From Bugula neritina (Eukaryota; Animalia; Bryozoa), in the NCBI GenBank assembly GCA_964035545.1, contig OZ037765.1, positions 1,612,001-1,676,000 on the forward strand: a DNA stretch of 64,000 nucleotides, read 5' to 3'. Each line of letters opens with the position of its first letter. The first letter of the stretch is position 1. The translations under genes were made by a program, and so were the position numbers. A model generated the notes under the pieces. The model did not search any database. It saw only the letters and a program-made list of their open reading frames with translations, and had not been told where the DNA came from. Below, one piece after another: positions 24,501 to 56,800 of the stretch.

Positions 24501-27500
24501 GTCTTCCTCACAGCATCCACTACTGTTTCCGGCTTCTCTTTGGACTTAGCTTCACCTGGTCTGTTGAACCTGACTTTCTTCTCGCGCCTTTCTGATAGCT
24601 TCACCCAGCCGCCCCGTCCTTTAGGCTCGCCAAACTTAGGCTATGTTATAACAAAACAGTATAGCTAAAAATTATTATAGTTGGATAACAAACAACAGTG
24701 TGTGGCTACATATAATATATAATCAGTATAATACAGACTACATATAATATATAATCAGTATAATACAGACTACATATAATATATAATCAGTATAATACAG
24801 ACTACATATAATATATAATCAGTATAATACAGACTACATATAATATATAATCAGTATAATACACACTACATATAATATATAATCAGTATAATATAGACTA
24901 CATATAATATATAATCAGTATAATACAGACTACATATAATATATAATCAGTATAATACAGACTACATATAATATATAATCAGTATAATACACACTACATA
25001 TAATATATAATCAGTATAATATAGACTACATATAATATATAATCAGTATAATACAGACTACATATAATATATAATCAGTATAATATAGACTACATATAAT
25101 ATATAATCAGTATAATACAGACTACAGAGATGAGTTATCAGTATAATACAACATGAAAATACATACGTGGTCCTTTCTATGAATCTTGTTCAACACCGAA
25201 GCCCGGTTACCCAAACTTTCTCTTACGGCTGAGTCACCAACACCCCCTCTGTGATCTCTCTTTTCAGTAAGTTTCCTGAAATCACACTACTCGTGTACAT
25301 ATGCACAAGTTACTGCAATTACTATTTCTGCAGATTCAATATGCACATGAACACCATTACAACAATGTCTACCCACCGAGCTCTAAGCTCCTCCCCCTTA
25401 GATCTGGCATAGTCACTGTACGCTGTGTTAAACTCCTCAGTTACCGGAGCTCCCTGCGTGGCCGTGGCGTAACTCGCAGAACTTTCCTCTCCCGAGATGT
25501 ATGCAGCAGACTTGGGAGCAGTAGTGTAGTTCTCAGAGAGAGAGGAGACGGTAGGGGCGGTCTCGTAACCGTACCGGTCTACATCTTCACTAGTCCTCAG
25601 TCCATCTTCAGACCTCAGATCTGCAACATTAGACTGGTGCCGGCGTGGTGCTGTCTTCTCGATTCGGTAGTCAGAGGACTGGGCGAGGTTGCGAGTGACA
25701 GTCAGCGAAGGTGGCGTCAGCATTCCTTCATCCTGACTGCCTTCCTTACCTTTCATATGAAACAAGCACAGGAAAGTCACAATGTGCACACATTACAAAT
25801 CAGGAGCTCACAGAAATGGAGCAGATTCAAAAGTTCGATGCAAGCTTCTCTATTTATCTAAATTCTGCTGCAGCTACTTCAATAAACAGCTCTATAAGAA
25901 GATGAAGAGAGAATGACGTCTGTTTTTTGACAGTGAGCTGGAATGGCTCTTACTGCTTAGCCCTAGGTGATTATATCTTTTCATATTACTTCATAATTCA
26001 AACCCACAAATGTAAAAAATTAAAAACAACTTGCTTTAGCTACATCAAAGCAATCATAGAGACAAACAATGCACACAGATATATATTCCATCTTGGATTT
26101 GATTAGCTCAGTGTAAATTGGTTACAGGCTAATTTTTTGTTCTCAAAAAATTCTCAAGAGAAGACAATGGCCCGCCATCTGCACATGTGTAGTAACAGAG
26201 AGAGTAGAGGTTGCTCACGTTTGGCATATTCAGAGAGTCTGTGCGAAGAGCTCACGGGCTGGTAGTACTGAGTAGTGGAGAGATCAGTGGCAGCAGACAG
26301 GTCATCGGCAGCAGTTACGTAATTCTCACTCTCGCACCTCATTGAGTCGAGTTTCTTTGTGGCAGCGTTCCTGAGGGCCGTCACTCTGTCGTACAGAGAC
26401 GCTGACTTCTCCAGGGCAGTCTGATACTCAGATGATTGTGTCGGAGGAGACAACTCCTGAAAACACCGTACAGCGGTTAGAGCACCTGCACTGTGTGTCA
26501 TCTGGTATCAGTGACAGGACAAACAAACACCTGTGGGTATATTCTAAGCACTTGCCATTTGCTGCCGCATACATATATGAGATACCTCGTGTGATTGGCT
26601 AACAGCCTGCTGTCGGTTGGCATCACCTCCACCTGTTTCTTTCTTATTGAAGTAGTCCACCAGTCGGCTGCTGAGGTTGTGTGCATCACTCTTGCTGAAA
26701 CATCAACACAACACCCAGTATATGAGAAGACCCACACTAAGGTGTCATACTCCCACATAGTATAGTGTGTCACATAGCATAGTGTGTCACATAACATAGT
26801 GTGTCAGATGACACACAGAATATGTGATGTCGAAAGGTAGAGGAGGTGACACACCACCTGCACACAAGGCATCAGTGATTACCAGAGAGAGGCAGTGATT
26901 GCCTGAGAAAGGCAGTGATTACCTGAGACAGACAGTGGTTACCTGAGAAAGACAGTGGTTACCTGAGACAGACAGTGGTTACCTGAGAAAGACAGTGGTT
27001 ACCTGAGTAAGACAGTGGTTACCTGTAGCTAGCGTGTGACTTCCTCTGAAAGTAAGGAGGTTCACTAAGAAGTCGGGAGTTGATGTCATCAGACGTGTCG
27101 TCGTTGTGGACGGAGCGGTCACTGACAAAGGAGACGTGACGCTTGGCTGTCCTTGACCTCTTCATAGGCTTTGACTGCCGGGCATTATTAGAACTGTTCA
27201 GGACATCCCTGTAGACATCATTGTATTGAGCAGAATTTATTTTGCAAACTTTAATAATATATACAGACCAAGACTACCAACAGCCACACTCCATAATATG
27301 GATATATTATATAATATATTATAATATAATATTATATAATATATATAATATGGTATAATATATACTATATTATATAAGATATATTAGATAATATATATAC
27401 ATATTATATAATATAGTATAGTATACTATATTATATATGTTACATAATATTATATAATATTACATATTAGTGCATCACCGTATACCTATTCTGATGACAT

Positions 27501-30500
27501 AATAAAGAGGGGTCACCTTTGGTCTTGGCTCTCTTTCGGTTTCTTAGCACGAGATCTAATCCTAGGAGCGGGTGAGTGACCAAGGGCCATCAGCTCCCCC
27601 GTACTATCACCCGTCTGTAGTATCTCCTCAGCAAGTTTATGGGCTACGGGAGGTACTGCAGGCTTTATGAAGGTCGTGTCACCGGTAGGCGTCTGTTCGT
27701 CTGCTCACAACAGTTCAGAGTATATAATATAGTGTCACGTATTCCACACTACAGCAAAGCAATGCCTAACTTCTGTTTTAGGCAAACGCAATTAAAACGT
27801 GGTAAACAAGCATATCTAACCTGTAGCCTGAGTCTCTTTAGGGCTATTATATTCCGCAGGTACTTTGGAGAAAGCTAAAGCTTTACCTGCTGTGGGTTTC
27901 ACAGAAGCATCAGATTCCGACTCTGAAAGATAGAATCAAAGAGAATGTCTCTAGAACTCATTGAGTCACACAGTGTTGTTGAAAATATAACATAACATAA
28001 CATAAGAACAATAAAATAAAAAACAAATGGAACATAAAAGCAGGTTAAATTTACATTAAAAGCATATCAAAACACCAACTTGTGCAATTTACAAATAGCT
28101 CAATCATGTATAGATCCATAATACACTATCCTACAGCTTTATACTCTCAAACCTGATGCGTTTACTTGGTTTCTTCTATTTTTAATTCCTAACTCACTAT
28201 TATAATGTAATTTGAGCAAAGAATTTAATTCTTGAAAACAATACGAAAAGACAAGGCATTGTTGAAATTCTAAATGCAATTACAGGCAACAAATACATGG
28301 TGCAATTATATAGTTATTTTAGAATTCAACAAACCATTTCAAGTATGTTGAGAATTTCGAAAAGAACAACAATAAAATAATAAAATAATCAACTAAATTA
28401 TTTACCTGCAGAAGATGGTACGTTAATAGATTGAAGGGAACTACTAGCTATAGGCTGTGACACAACTTGAGGGGCCACACTTCTGGACAGTCTTCTCTTT
28501 TCACGCTTTTCCTCTGTAAAAGTATGATGAACCTTGGACTAAATATTACCTAGTCACTAGTCACCTACAGTTATCTAGTATTACCTACTAGTCAACTAAG
28601 AGTTATCTACTTTTACCTACTAGTCAACTAAGAGTTATCTATTATTTACACAAAACTGTTACTTACAAGTGACCTGTTATATAACAAGTTTTAACGCACC
28701 ATCATTTTAATAGTTAACAAAACATTAAAATAACTTCTCAAAAACTCTATGCAATTCATTTGCATTTCAAAAATAAATAATCTGCATTAAACTGGGAAAA
28801 TGAGGGATGCTATTTCTAAAATACTTGTAAAAAGCATTCAACGATTTTTACAGTCGCAATGTTGAAACTATTATAAATACTAAAATTTCTCGAAGACAGA
28901 TCTGTAAATTCTACATAGTCAAAGATTTCATCATCACCACAATTACAATGAGTAGAGAAATCTACATGCTGGACTCTAGAGAGTCTTGACATAAACTAGA
29001 GTCAATACAATGTTAACAAAGTAATGTAGACATTGAGTGAATACCATAGCCAGAAAAAAGACAATAGTTAATAGACAACTGGTACATCTTCCGGCCTATT
29101 CTCATTATAAGTCAATTTCAGCAATATAGAAAGCTTGTCACAATCAAAACATGCCCTGTCTCAGGTATCTTAGTCTCTGCTACCCGACAACCATTAATTT
29201 CATAGCCCTAGTCTCGACAAACTAACCCGAGGTTCTTGACTTCTTGCTACTGGGACTGGCGGTAGGGCTGGAGACCTCCCCTAAGGCTATCAGAGCCTCA
29301 GTGTTGTCATCAGAGTTATCAGTTGGTCTGTTGGTAGTGTCAGTCAGTCCCGGACGCAGCGCCTCATTCAACACAGACTGGCCGATGACATCAGACGCTT
29401 TAGTAACATCGGCTGCTACGAGAATTCAAACTACGGGTTATCTTGTGTTTCTACACATACATCATAGATGAGTGACTTATCCATTGATACAGAGTAACTA
29501 ATCATCTTAATTCATTCAAACTTAGTTAATGACTATTAAAAAACGACTCAACTCAACTAAACTAACGCATAAACTAAATCAAAGTTGTCCGCAAAATTTG
29601 TTAGTTTTAAAAAATTATTATAAATAAAATCAAACATAGTCTAGACATATCATACTCTCGCTCCACCTTCAACATAGCCTATACTAGTTTCAGCCTCTTT
29701 TGATGCTAATAACAAAAATCAGAAGTGAATAAATGGTGAAATCCGTCAAAAAAATCCATTTCAACTCAAATAATGAACAGAAACCTGGGAGGCAGAAGCA
29801 CAAAACAATGTAATACTATAACAAAATCAATAATATAATTAAAACAATATTATAGAAATAACAATATAATTAAGATGATAATATAATAACATAATTAAAT
29901 TAAGAATATAAGTTCAAAAGATTTTCTCACCACCATCTGAGTTGCTCTCATCCTTCTCAATGCCGTCAAGGATATACTCGAGTAAGCCCGAGAATATATC
30001 CAGCAGGTTTACCATGGACATTCTTCTACCTTTCACCACATCTTCACCAGTTATGTGTGCGAGAGAGGTGTGGAGCACATCTAGGGCCAAGCTGTCTATC
30101 ACACACTGCATGTTATGAATATTATCTTCTTCCGTCTTGCAAGGTCGTACCAAATCTACAGCAAGCACTTCACTTTAAACACACTGCAGTTCACTAAAAA
30201 TACAGCTGAACCGCAGCAGAAAAAATTACTCAGAGAGAAAAAGCAAATAAAAAGCAAATAAAAAGATCTCTAAATAATATTAGCATCCATAATTCTGAGT
30301 GTCCAAAGTTGATGGAAAACTTCAAACTTACCAGCTTAAAGTAACATAGTTCTATTTATTACAATAGCTAGCAAGTAACTATAACTAACTACTAATTATG
30401 ACTAGTAATTAACTCTAACTAACTACTATGGTTAACTACTAACTATGGCTAACTACTAACTATTAACTGTGACCAACTACTTATGTACTAACTATGACTA

Positions 30501-31598
30501 TCTACCAACTATGACTGCGAATGCAATTGAAACCTATTAGTTTGCAGCTGTAACTTGACTTCTGAAAAATAAAATATCCTTTTTAATTTTCTTTTATTAA
30601 TTTCAGTAAAATTTGTTGTCAGTTGTTATAATAAATACACTAATATGATAGGCAGCATACTTTTAACCAACCAGAAGCACCTCCTGGCGCTGAGCACAGA
30701 GTTCTTTTTAACAAATTACTGCATAGTAGAGATGTGCAGCTTATCAGACCTAGTATTGTCTCACCACATGAGCCATACCTGGTATTGTCTCGCCACACAG
30801 CCCCTCATAAAGTGTAACAAACATGTTGGTGTTGACATCTTCTATCGTCTTTACTCTCAGCGGAACAGTCAATTGAGCCAAAATAGTATTGGCGGTTTTT
30901 ATGATTTCTGAAGAACCAACATAGAAGTGTAGTTATTGCAAAGAGTGAATACAAACTAGTAATCATTATATTCATAAAAATAAGACTGATTAAAATCGAA
31001 AAGCTACAGATAGTAGTTACTATCGAAAATTAATTCAATATTAGATGACAATACCAACTCCTTATTGCAACTTATATGCTGAGTCTCCTCTTTGTATTGC
31101 TATTAGTTTTACTTGATACTGACACACTATGACTATGATACTGATACTCATACTGATAGTGATACTAAATGTAATCATAATGATGATGATAATGAAAAAG
31201 ATGAAAATAAGCAAGCAAGTGACATTCATGTGTGATTGTGTCACTGTAACTGTCACACTCTTGACCTATAAATTTAGTTATTGCCATTACGCCTTTACGA
31301 TTATCTAAACTCAATGCGAAAGTAGATTTGAAAGAAGTAAAAGTTGACTTTTCTAATAAAAATTTAAATACTATCATTACGATCCGATTAATACTACAAT
31401 AATTAAAACAATTTGAATTAATACAGTTATAAATAAACAAATACTTGTTTTATTGAGTTTGACTATTCAGTTTGAATTTGAAATTAAATTTAATGGACAT
31501 CATGGTCACCAATCATCATCATGATCAAATTTAACAAGTTTCAATTGGAAGTATGATATTAACTTTAAGTATGGAAAAAACTTACGATTATCTTCCAT
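21584..31598 (-). CDS. CEP95: Centrosomal protein of 95 kDa (CEP95/CCDC45)
   Basis: Putative first exon 31586-31598 (MEDN). The N-terminal domain reads ...FVTLYEGLCGETIPDLV..EEDNIHNMQCVIDSLALDVLHTSLAHITGEDVVKG..NLLDIFSGLLEY. It is followed by a low-complexity middle and C-terminal coiled-coil exons (SLENFYKDQFNILAE; EDDYYFRQLDAE). Middle exons were not all resolved. Confidence 0.9.
22843..23166 (-). repeat. 32-bp minisatellite, 10 copies, containing a CEP95 3' splice site
   Basis: CTGCAG recurs every 32 nt from 22847 to 23135. The sense-strand unit is ATAGATATTTAGACAGTGAGTGTATTCTGCAG. Confidence 0.95.
24705..25150. repeat. 32-bp minisatellite, about 13 copies, filling most of a CEP95 intron
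   Basis: GACTACATATAATATATAATCAGTATAATACA units. Confidence 0.95.
26875..27025 (-). repeat. 20-bp minisatellite, about 7 copies, containing a CEP95 5' splice site
   Basis: Sense-strand unit GTAACCACTGTCTTTCTCAG; the real donor is at 27021-27022. Confidence 0.92.
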
Positions 31599-32978
31599 TG
31601 CATAGAGTTAGAGACTGAACATTTTAAACGAGCAGAATAAAAACAAAGCCCTGGAAATCCAAACACAAATGTGACAGCATAATATATTTTATAATTAAAA
31701 ACAATGCTAATCTTATGATACTGTGATGGAAATCAAATGCAAATGCGTTTTAATCATTGTTTAAATATGGCGGATGTTGTCACCCACTTAGTGAATAGAT
31801 TTGATTGGCTTGATCAGCTCACTCGCTGGGGCTAAACAAGCCAGAGGCGTTTGGTGTTTGTAAATATAGACACGTGCTCATAACAATAACTGTGCAAGTA
31901 CAAACAACTCCATATTACATCCCTGTCGCAACAAATTACTTTTCTTTGGGTAACTATACCTCATTGAAAAAATTAAATTGCAAAATTGATTTTTACATAT
32001 ATTTGCAAAAGTAAGTTAACTAAAAATGCTTTTCTAGTACACTACACAACTGGCTGACACTTGTTGTAATTACAAACAGTATATTTATTGATGATCATCT
32101 GCCATAAATCAAAACTATACAAAATTTTCTATAAAGATTTCAATAGTTAACAGGATTTTTAGTATACAACAGTATTAAAATGAATTATAAAATGGGAACA
32201 ATAACCAATAATCATTAGTAAACAGGAAGTAGATAAATATGGGCGGGCACTACATTGAATATAATAGAGATACTAATAGCATCTATTCATCACACGATTT
32301 TGAGGGTTGACTCAGTTAGTAGAACCTAGCTGATGCATCAGCCATAGTTATATTGACCATAAGGAAAGTAATTAAAATAGAAATCCCTAATTCTTTATCA
32401 TTTCGCATATATATTTCCATTAGGATTGTTTACTTTTTTTAGTCAGACAACTCCAAAGTAGGAAAAAGTACAGACTACTAAACTCAGCAGTTATAGAACT
32501 ATAGACACATGTTTTGCTAAGCATTATAAATTGCCAAAACTACATTAAGTTGTAGGATTATAGTACAATGAGCTACTACTAAAATGAAAACAAACATCAC
32601 AGACTAAGTCATAGCCGGTAATGGTGTTGCACCTACTTTTGACATGAGAGAATAAATTAGAAAAAAATCTTAGAAGAAAGATTAGTCAAGTGCAACATTG
32701 AAAAAGCCTAGCAAAACACAATACAACAGAAATTGTAAAACAATACAAGATAACACAAGGTGACTAGCCATCTAGTAATTGTAAATTTGTAGCCAACTGT
32801 CTGAAATACGGAGATAGCTTTGGATCCATAAGTTATGTCTACATCATGAGGGCAGTCAAAGGTACACCCTCTCTAAGAGTGAGAGCAACTGAAGTCACCC
32901 ATAGACAGAATAATTTACTTCTACAGTACACTAAGTTGACAAATATCACAATTGCTTGTAAGTACGTGCAGACGCATG

Positions 32979-50611
<17,633 letters not shown>

Positions 50612-51300
50612 TCTGATTTTCGAAGCAAATGTCAATATTTCAGTCACTTGTTTACTAATTTGGTTTATTCTTCTGCTTGGCTTAGATTCTTGTACTTCGT
50701 AGGCGTAGCATTTGGTTTTACATATCCAGATTTTTCACACACAAAAATTAAAAAGCTAAGAATCTTGCTTAAGAATCAAATTAAAATTGAATTTCAAATA
50801 CTCAAATTCAATAGTTGTTCAACTTTCACATTAAGTTTAACTTTCTGAAACTCTCAAGAGTTAAAAGTAACACTTGTAACTTCTCAAGCGTTTCTCCAAG
50901 TTGTAATTTTAATTTAATGTTTTCAATAACTATAAGTTATTAAGTTCGGCAACGAATAGGTACAGCGCTGTAATAAATGAACTATTACTATAACTATAAG
51001 TACTGTTAGTGTTAGTATTACTACTACTGTACTAGTATTACCAAATGATTCGCAAAAGACTTGAATCTCTTGAAGTTGAATGGCTGTAGGCGATATAACT
51101 TTCTTTGAGAAAAGACTAAAAAATTTAGGCAGAAGAAAAAAGGGACTCAAACCTGATATCAACAGCCTGCATTTAACGTAATAACTCCACCGTTTGCATG
51201 GAATTAAATTAAAAATGATTGCTTTTGAGGTCTTTTAGCGCATTAATTTTTCAGGTGCGCGTGTAAGTAGGCGCGTAGTATTTACATTTTTACCTTGACC

Positions 51301-51314
51301 TTCTCCATAACAAC
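51301..51314 (+). promoter_or_regulatory. Candidate RFX X-box upstream of SAMD15
   Basis: TTCTCCATAACAAC matches the consensus GTHNYYATRRNAAC at 13 of 14 positions, about 210 nt before the SAMD15 ATG. Confidence 0.45.
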
Positions 51315-51525
51315 GTCAACATAGACAGATATGAAGAAATAGCCACTTGCAATAAAAGTTATAGCAGTGAATGCTTGGAAAGCAAAATTTTAAATAGAAT
51401 AGCTTCTATATTTCCAACTACTAACCTTTAAAATACAAATCAGTCAATGGTCATATCATAGAACTGAATTATACTAGTTTTCAGAGTTGTAATTACCAAG
51501 TTAAATTTGTATAATTATCATAACT

Positions 51526-53833
51526 ATGTCAGGGACAGGATCTGCAATAATTGAAGATTTAAAAGACTCCCGGGTGCCACCTTGTCTATATTGGTCTGTT
51601 GAACAAGTGTCAGAATGGGTTGCATCTGAACTGGGTCTAGAGGAATACAAGGTAAAAAAGAATGTTATGTTTGTATGTGCAAACTTGATTATTTTGAGAT
51701 ATTTTATTTTCTTTGCGAAAGTATTATATCTAATAACATTTTTTTATATGCATCACATTGTATGTATTTAAAGGAATGCTTCGAGAAGAACAAGGTAGAT
51801 GGAAGAATGTTGGTCTTTGTTACATCTTCTACTCTTCCACAAATTGGAGTAACAGATTTTGAACACATAAAAGTGAGTGTGGCTGCACTGTTGTAGAACA
51901 AGTTACCTTACTAAACTGTTGATAACTTACAGGATTGTGTGAAAGTGAGGTGGGGGCAGAACTGGAGGTTTACTAGTGCTGTAGATTGTAGTAATTAACT
52001 CTTCAATACAAAATTTGTTAATTTGTTTTTAAATTGATTAAATCTGACCATTTTGTAGAAAGAAATTCATGCATGGGCATTAGGCTCTATTGATATTCTT
52101 TTTTAAATTGATTACAGTATATTTTTATCTAAATGATCCATGTTGCCTAACGATTCAAGTTTCACATTTAGTAATTTTGCACAAAATATTCAGAAACTTA
52201 TTTAATTAACTTCATATTTCAATTAGCTCACTGTAGCTTATCTGTTTGTTATGTAGTAGAAGCTATGTATGGTAGCATTTGAAATAATAAATTGAAAATT
52301 AACAAACTATTTTTATGAAAAAGTTAAGTATTGAATAACGCTAATTTGTTATTTTTTCAACCAATATTTGAATGAATTGAAGGAAGACAATTTCCCAATT
52401 GGTAACAGAACTCGTATAAGTTGCTACAATAATATGTCATCATAATAATTATGCATATTGTAAACTAGCTGTCATTATAATATTTAGTTATTATGTAATA
52501 CAATATGAAATACATACAGTGTATTTTTGGTGGCAGATTATTTCCAGGGGTGTGAGAGAAATCTTGCAGTTAGAAGATCCTTTCTGGAACAGGTCTATCT
52601 CCCTGCCTCCAAGAGACCAGAAAGGTACCATTGTATATCTACACACATGCACTTATTAATCTTATATATGACTGCTTGTTTGTGAAACTCATATTTAGTT
52701 GTTGTCCAGTTAACCTAATGACCTTCACCTGTTAACCCAATGACTTTTTCAGTCACCAAAGTTATTGTAGATTTCCATTATAGTCATTGTGATTTTGTAA
52801 TTCAATTTTAGAAGAATTTGACACGCTGATTTAACTTTTGTTCAATGAACAATCTGACTTTTTTGTCTTAGTGCCAATTTTCTCCAATATCACACAAGAC
52901 TATCTGTGATGCCTTTTTCTGTTTCACACTAAGTTGATAGTACTTCCTGCCTTTCCTTTTGCATATGCTCCATCTCATCATCTTCAAATTTGTTTTTCTT
53001 AAAATATCCCCCTTATTTAAATATGGCTTTCACCATCGCCTTTCCTTGTAGCCAAACTTTTGACTTGTCTTCTCTTTGCTATATAACCAGTTTAATTGCA
53101 GTGTGTTTTACTATTGCTAACTCGCGTATGCTCTTTGCAAGAAATGGTATATATGATGTTTTAGTTGCAATGTAAATGAATTATAAAGGCAGATATGTAT
53201 TCTAACCATATTATGTACAGTTCTTCATGACATGTAATTATGCACAGAGGTCTTAATGCAAATGTAATTTAATTAGCTTTTATTTTTAAATTTTGTGCTT
53301 GTATTATGAACATTAATTTACTGTTATCATGATTGTTTTATTGCCTGCTAGTAATCATTGGTATATATGCTGTAAGATACAAGCACACTATTACAGCTCT
53401 TGATTAGGCTACTATATTATTTTGTAGCTACTTCAACCATAAGCACTAAATATAAGTCATTAGGCTATGAAAAACTTTCATAATAGTAACATGAAATGAA
53501 ACATTGATATAATTGATCTATTTTTGATTGCAGGAGTTAAAAAGTACTTTACCCACACCGTTTAATAACCTAAGTTGCTAAAAATAGCTGTCCACAGTAA
53601 AAGTAAAATATACTTATGTATTGTATGCTCAATGTAGACTGATTACATGGTGTAAGTTCATTAACTACCAGTTATTAACTATTCATATTGTGGCTGCAGG
53701 CATGTATATTGAGAGCAAAGCTGTGAGAGGCCAGCATGCAGATGGTTTGACCTATCAGCTCTATCTTGACACTCACGAGGAGCCGTTGTGGCAACCTCCC
53801 CTCAATAACCACTGTCAGCTACTGCCTCACTAA
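51526..53833 (+). CDS. SAMD15: Sterile alpha motif domain-containing protein 15-like, 148 aa
   Basis: Exons 51526-51651, 51774-51872, 52537-52624 and 53700-53833 give WSVEQVSEWV..YKECF..DGRML..STLPQIGVTDFEHIKIISRGVREIL.LEDP.WNRSISLPPRD..GMYIESK...ADGLTY. Confidence 0.9.
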
Positions 53834-56800
53834 ACTGCCGTCTGCTAAGTCACTAAATCAACTAGGAATAGCTAAAAGCAGCACAGAGTCGAGAGTCATT
53901 GAGTGCAGTGTTTGCATAGTCCGACGATGTTCAAACTCGATATCCCACAACTGCACTCAGTGACCACCAACTTTGTGCTTCTTCAGACGATTTCCAAATC
54001 AACACAGGACATGGTGTATTTAAAAACGGAAATGTATTTTCAACTAATTCTTTTTTAAATCAAATAAATATAAGATGAAGCTGTTGAAATTTCATTAATA
54101 AATGATTGAATATCGCAACTTTTAAATTTTATGCAAGCATAAGCAAACATAAACTTGGCAACTTTTTAAGAATGCTATATAGATTTGAAATATTTAAACT
54201 AATGTAAGCAATAAAACAGATATGAGAAAAAACAAAATATACCTTGTGCTTGTTCTATAATTTTATGCAACTAAATGCTAACAATTTGTGGTATACTGAG
54301 TAAAAGAAGGCGCAATGGTAGTTTTAATAAGAACAAAAAATATATATTTTGGAAGAGTCTAAACTATTGAAATAGAATAGTTTTAGTTCTAAACTAGTTT
54401 CTTTTCATTTATAAACTGTTTACTAGACTACAATATATTTCTTAAAAAAGAAAATGAAGCAGTACTATATCATGAAACAACAAACGGAAAATATTGAAGT
54501 AATTTATTTGTTGAGGTTAGATAAAGCAGTTCAGGTAGGTTAATTTTGTTAATTTTATTATGTGGGTTATATAAGACAAACAAATACCATAATACAACTA
54601 TTGATAATAAATTGCAGTCAAGTCTGCAGAAATCAGTTATGGCTGTTGGCTGCTCATGAGTACTGTCAAGGTTGGCTTAAAGTAATATTCTTCTGTTGCA
54701 ATTTAGAACATTTCTTGGGGTACTCTGCTAAATTACTGCTAATTGTAAATATAAATTACTATTGGATATGGTATGATCAATGTCAGTTCTATGCATAAAA
54801 ATGTGTAATTGCAGACTTAGCGTGCCCTGTTTCTAATTTTACTATAGAACACTACAATATACTATATGAACACTCTGAGAGTTACTATACCAAGTTCAAA
54901 ATATTGCAAACTATTATTTTAATGCAATTATATATAATATATTTATCAAGGGCTTTGGTGCTATCTACCTTAAACTGTCCGCTATCAACATGGAAGGTAA
55001 CATTCAAATACTCATACTGCGAGAAGATAGCAGTCAAGCTGAATATGCTGAAAATTGTAAAACCTATATTATGGTCATATCAGTCAGAGGATTGTCCCAC
55101 CAGCAACTTTAAAGTCTATGGCTCTACGCCTTTTGGGTCAAATATTAAAGACTTCTATAGGTTTCTTGAAACAGCATTATACGAGCTTTGTGAACAACAT
55201 TATTTTGTCCCAATAATTTATTATTGCTTTGAAATATTATAATTATGTCCGGTTTTTTACTTTGTTGTCTTCTATTTTATATAGACTTATCTTCTTACCG
55301 AAATAGTTCTGTAAACGCACGAACTAAAAAAAGTCGGCATTGTAGGATTATAATACGCAGCCGTTTCAGTTTTGCACTGATATCATTACTAAACTAGTAT
55401 ATTAAAAACAAGGGTGTAACCGAGACGTCAATTCGCAAATCTATCATCTGATGAGAACTCAGTAAGCAGGAGAACCACCTTGCTGCACTTGTCCAGCAGT
55501 AACATTTCGACGTTCTATTACTTTTACGTGCAGTCAACTCGACGCAACCATTATGTAGTTTAACTTTAATAAGTTGAAAAGATGCTAATGACTTATCTCC
55601 TTTCTACAAACCAGTGAACTCAAAACTGAAAGTAAGTTACCCCGGCAGCAACTCAAGCTTTAGTTACAACTCCAAGTACAAGTCAAATCTGAAATCACAA
55701 ACTCAAAGTCAATGTCAAGGAACAATCATAATATCATTGTGAATGTGTTACTGATTGTCATTGTGACAATTATCATTGTCAATAATGCGAAGTCATAGTC
55801 ATAGTGATACTGAGAGTGAGAGTGATACTCTGATAGTCATAGACTGATGGTGATACTATCACCACTGATAGTCAGAGTCATACTGATACTCATACTCATA
55901 GTGATGGTTATTTCATTTTAATTTGAATTTTGCTAATTCAGTAATCGTTTAGTAAAGTTTGTTTATTTTTCTTATGACAGTGACAGTGCAGGTAGGGCTG
56001 TGACTATCACTGTCAATATGTTTACTTTATATTGGTATTTAGTAATCTATTTCTGGACCTGTGATTAAAATCAATAAATGAATATAACGTTGATAATCTT
56101 AAATTTAATCTCTGCTGGATCTCCACCTGTCTGAGAATAAAACAGTATGATAAAGATACTCATAATGAGTTATCGTTGTAGGTATGACTGTTATCTGTGT
56201 ATAAGATTCTCTATGAAGATTATCATTGCATTTACTTATTACTCATTAGTCTTTAGATTTAGTGGAGTTCCATGAATCATGATTGAAGCACCAAGTTTAA
56301 CGGTACAAATATAAGTTCAGTAAAACAAAGTAATATGAATTTTACTATAACCTTTGGTTAAGGGCAGAGCCTTTTGGAAAAAGAAACTTTTTGCTGTAGT
56401 CAATGCAGCATTAGTATGTCTGTTATAGTGTTAATAGTTTAATCTGGTTACATAGGTTCCTCAGTAATTATGAGTGACCAGTGGCAAAAAGTTAATATTG
56501 ATGTTTCTTGCTGTGAATCACAGTGTGAGTGTCTGTACCTACAATTAGTCAATAGCTGTCAGTGCTAGACAATAACTATAATACATGTCCATTTTTAGGT
56601 CATTTAGGTAACATGCTGTATAATAAAAATAGAAAAACACAACAATATAATTATGACTATATTATCATAATAAATGATTAATTCGCATCTTCCAATGTAA
56701 TATTTTTCATATAAATTTATCTTGATTTTATGAAATGATAAATAGTATTTATTTTGCTTTAGATTTAGCTTCTACCAAGTTCAACTTCATTTGTTAACTG

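Noticed and set aside
25301-25861. 186-aa plus-strand ORF
   Set aside because: Antisense shadow of a CEP95 exon with no recognisable motifs.
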